Sequence record: KT321314.1 | DNA length: 39,133 bases | Source of the DNA: Enterobacter phage phiEap-1 | Reading direction: 5' to 3' (one strand) | Shown here: positions 36,515 to 39,133 of the stretch, piece by piece | How the letters are laid out: each line of letters starts with the position of its first letter | Numbering within the stretch: the first letter of the stretch is position 1 | The notes under the pieces: generated by a model | What the model saw: the letters and a program-made list of their open reading frames with translations, nothing else | Databases searched by the model: none | What the model was told of the DNA's origin: nothing | Position numbers and translations under genes: made by a program

Positions 36515-38271
36515 GCGACTCGCAGAATGCGCGTAACGCTCTCATTGTGGCACAACTGAAGGGCGACTTTGTTGCCTTTCTGTTTGTCCTATGGAAAGCG
36601 TTGAATCTACCGCCACCGACCAAGTGTCAGATAGATATGGCTAAATGTCTTGCTGACCCGAGTAACAAGAAGTTTATCCTTCAGGCTTTCCGTGGTATCG
36701 GGAAGTCGTTCATCACGTGTGCGTTTGTTGTGTGGACCTTATGGAAAGACCCTCAGCTAAAGATTCTGATTGTCTCTGCGTCCAAGGAACGTGCTGACGC
36801 TAACTCCATCTTCATCAAGAACATCATCGACCTGCTACCGTTCCTCTCTGAGCTTAAGCCTCGACAGGGGCAGCGTGACTCCGTGATTAGCTTCGATGTA
36901 GGCCCTGCTCGGCCTGACCACTCTCCTTCGGTGAAGTCCGTAGGTATCACTGGTCAGTTAACTGGTAGTCGTGCCGATATCATCATCGCGGATGACGTTG
37001 AGGTCCCTGGTAACTCCGCCACTCAGTCGGCCCGTGAGAAGCTCTGGACATTGGTCCAAGAGTTCGCCGCACTGTTGAAACCTCTGGACACCTCTCGTGT
37101 TATCTATCTGGGTACCCCTCAGACCGAGATGACCCTGTATCGAGAGCTTGAGGACAACCGTGGCTACACTACCATCATCTGGCCTGCTCAGTATCCGAGG
37201 ACTCGTGAAGAGGACATGTACTACGGTGAGCGTATGGCCCCGATGCTACGTGAGGAGTACAACGAAGGCTTTGAGATTCTAGCTGGTCAACCAACCGACC
37301 CGGTGCGGTTCGATAATGAGGACCTTCGAGAGCGTGAGCTTGAGTATGGCAAAGCTGGCTACACCCTACAGTTCATGCTTAACCCGAACCTCAGTGACGC
37401 CGAGAAGTACCCTCTACGGCTCCGTGACGCTATCGTGTGCGGTGTTGACAGTGAGAAGGCCCCAATGCATTACCAGTGGCTACCGAACCGTCAGAACCTC
37501 AATGAGGACCTCCCTAACGTTGGCCTTAAGGGTGATGATTATCATAGCTATCACACTGCCTCGAACAACCATGGGTTATACCAAGAGAAGATTCTTGTAG
37601 TGGACCCTAGTGGTCGCGGTAAGGATGAGACTGGTTGGTGTGTCTTATATACGCTAAATGGCTACATCTACCTGATGGACGCTGGCGGTACCCGAGGATA
37701 CGAAGAGAAGTCCCTTGAGTTCCTCGCTAAGAAAGCCAAGCAGTGGGGCGTACAGACCGTTGTGTTCGAGTCTAACTTCGGTGATGGCATGTTCGGTAAG
37801 GTATTCGCTCCGGTCCTCCTGAAGCACCACAAGGCGGCTCTCGAAGAGATTCGTGCACGTGGTCAGAAGGAGCTCCGCATCTGCGATACCCTTGAGCCTG
37901 TCATGGCGAGCCATCGTCTTGTCATCCGTGACGAGGTCATCAGGAACGACTATCAGACCGCTCGTGACGTTGACGGCAAGCATGCCCTGAAGTACAGCCT
38001 AATGTACCAGCTCACCCGCATGACTCGTGAGAGAGGCGCTGTGGCCCACGATGACCGTCTGGATGCCTTAGCGTTAGGCGTTGAGTTCCTGCGCAACCAC
38101 ATGGAGCTGAACAGCCAAGTAGCCGAACAAGAGGGTCTTCTGGAGTTCCTAGAGGAGCACATGGAGAAACCTTTGGTTGGCGGTGAGTCTCTCATGGAGA
38201 TGACCTACGGTGGCGTGACGATTGGCTGGGAAGATGACGACCTGAACATCGGAACGTTCATTGAATGGTAA
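36511..38271 (+). CDS. 19: Terminase large subunit
   Basis: 586 aa, the same length as T7 gp19. Walker A-like GIGKS; ATPase/nuclease organisation. Strong AAGGAGG RBS. Confidence 0.98.
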   Translation: MSDSQNARNALIVAQLKGDFVAFLFVLWKALNLPPPTKCQIDMAKCLADPSNKKFILQAFRGIGKSFITCAFVVWTLWKDPQLKILIVSASKERADANSIFIKNIIDLLPFLSELKPRQGQRDSVISFDVGPARPDHSPSVKSVGITGQLTGSRADIIIADDVEVPGNSATQSAREKLWTLVQEFAALLKPLDTSRVIYLGTPQTEMTLYRELEDNRGYTTIIWPAQYPRTREEDMYYGERMAPMLREEYNEGFEILAGQPTDPVRFDNEDLRERELEYGKAGYTLQFMLNPNLSDAEKYPLRLRDAIVCGVDSEKAPMHYQWLPNRQNLNEDLPNVGLKGDDYHSYHTASNNHGLYQEKILVVDPSGRGKDETGWCVLYTLNGYIYLMDAGGTRGYEEKSLEFLAKKAKQWGVQTVVFESNFGDGMFGKVFAPVLLKHHKAALEEIRARGQKELRICDTLEPVMASHRLVIRDEVIRNDYQTARDVDGKHALKYSLMYQLTRMTRERGAVAHDDRLDALALGVEFLRNHMELNSQVAEQEGLLEFLEEHMEKPLVGGESLMEMTYGGVTIGWEDDDLNIGTFIEW

Positions 38272-38349
38272 TGCATTAATAGTGCATAAGGAGGCATTAT
38301 GACCACGGAAGGTCACGTTTAGAGAAACCTAATGAAATCAGTCATTTAG

Positions 38350-38372
38350 GCAATACCCTCACTATAGGACAG
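38350..38372 (+). promoter_or_regulatory. Phage-RNAP promoter near the right end (phiOR-like): gcaataccctcactataggacag
   Basis: Consensus through +2, with +3 G>A. It is preceded by two small hairpins (38274-38290 and 38328-38348) and followed by an AT-rich ttaaag-containing tract. Confidence 0.6.
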
Positions 38373-38510
38373 AGAGGGGACTTAAAGCATTATTATAGGT
38401 ACTTTAAGTATTCATTCAGTCACCTTAAAGTGCATAAGATGACCCTAGAGTATGGTGATTCTTATCATCAGATAATCACCTAACTATTAGACAACCTAAG
38501 GAGGACACTC

Positions 38511-38663
38511 GTGTTCAAGCTACTAGTTACGCTACTGAGACACCGAGTGACCTATAGGTTTCTTCTGGTACTTGCTGGTGCCTGTGGTGCTTCATTGGTC
38601 ACTCAACAGCAACTCGGTGGACTGGAGGCTCTCCTGTGCACTGTACTCACTTGTAGCGATTAG
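38511..38663 (+). CDS. Hypothetical 50-aa hydrophobic protein (19.5-like position)
   Basis: GTG 38511 with a perfect TAAGGAGG 6 nt upstream. Translates to MFKLLVTLLRHRVTYRFLLVLAGACGASLVTQQQLGGLEALLCTVLTCSD. Confidence 0.5.
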   Translation: MFKLLVTLLRHRVTYRFLLVLAGACGASLVTQQQLGGLEALLCTVLTCSD

Positions 38664-38938
38664 AATCCTGCTAGACCCGTAGAGGCTCAACGCAGAGTGA
38701 TTCCGTGGATATGATTATCATCATACACCACTCCATCACTGTAGAGTCAATACCCAAAGTATAACCTTAAGACTCACCTGTAGGCATCAGGAGGGTCTCT
38801 AAGGGTCTCTCCTGAGGTCTACCTTTAGTAGGCCGTGTACCATTAGTGATACCATTAGAACCTCTTAGAGGGCCTTATAGAGGCCTTTGTGACTACCTGT
38901 AGTAACCTTTAAGAATACACCACAAAAGTCTGAGAGTA

Positions 38939-39133
38939 TATCTCATAGTTTAACTGAACGTAACTCCCCCCGGTACCCCCATTAGTCCACCCTAAGAGAG
39001 GGTACCCCTGTGGATAACTTAAGGATACCTGTGGATAACTTTAGGTGTTCCTGTGGATAACCTAAGGTGTTAGGGCTATCTTGTGGATAACTTGAGGTGA
39101 ACCTGTGGATAACTATTGGTGCCTATGTGTTCC
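38939..39133. repeat. Right direct terminal repeat (identical to 1-195)
   Basis: Exact 195-bp identity with the left end. Confidence 0.9.

Overview
The window is a complete linear genome of a T7-like podophage (Autographiviridae / Studiervirinae-type organisation), bounded by 195-bp direct terminal repeats at 1-195 and 38939-39133. All credible genes are on the + strand in canonical T7 order: a single strong sigma70-type early promoter, then RNA polymerase, DNA ligase, gp1.6, gp1.7, gp2, SSB, endonuclease I, lysozyme, primase-helicase, DNA polymerase, gp5.5, gp5.7, exonuclease, gp6.7, gp7, gp7.3, portal, scaffold, capsid with a 10B -1 frameshift extension, tail tube A/B, internal virion proteins 13-16, tail fiber, a second tailspike, holin, small terminase, Rz/Rz1 spanins, large terminase and a 19.5-like ORF. 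Eleven phage-RNAP promoters share the consensus CAATACCCTCACTATAGGGAGA, T3-like at -12 to -9 and T7-like at -3 to +6. A T-phi-like terminator and three RNase III-type processing hairpins are recognisable. Points of interest: T7 genes 0.3-0.7, 1.1/1.2, 3.8, 5.3, 5.9 and 7.7 are absent. Several unrecognised genes sit in their places: a 79-aa early protein, a 178-aa membrane/coiled-coil protein, a 75-aa protein, an acidic 127-aa protein at the gp5.9 locus and several tiny transmembrane ORFs. Each terminal repeat carries five phased repeats whose core is an exact DnaA-box 9-mer. There are two beta-helix (depolymerase-type) tailspike genes. An AT-rich, phased TTAAAG tract follows the first promoter after gene 1 and is a likely origin. 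A long +1 ORF is overprinted on the 3' end of gene 4. All homology statements come from recall of T7 protein sequences; no searches were run.
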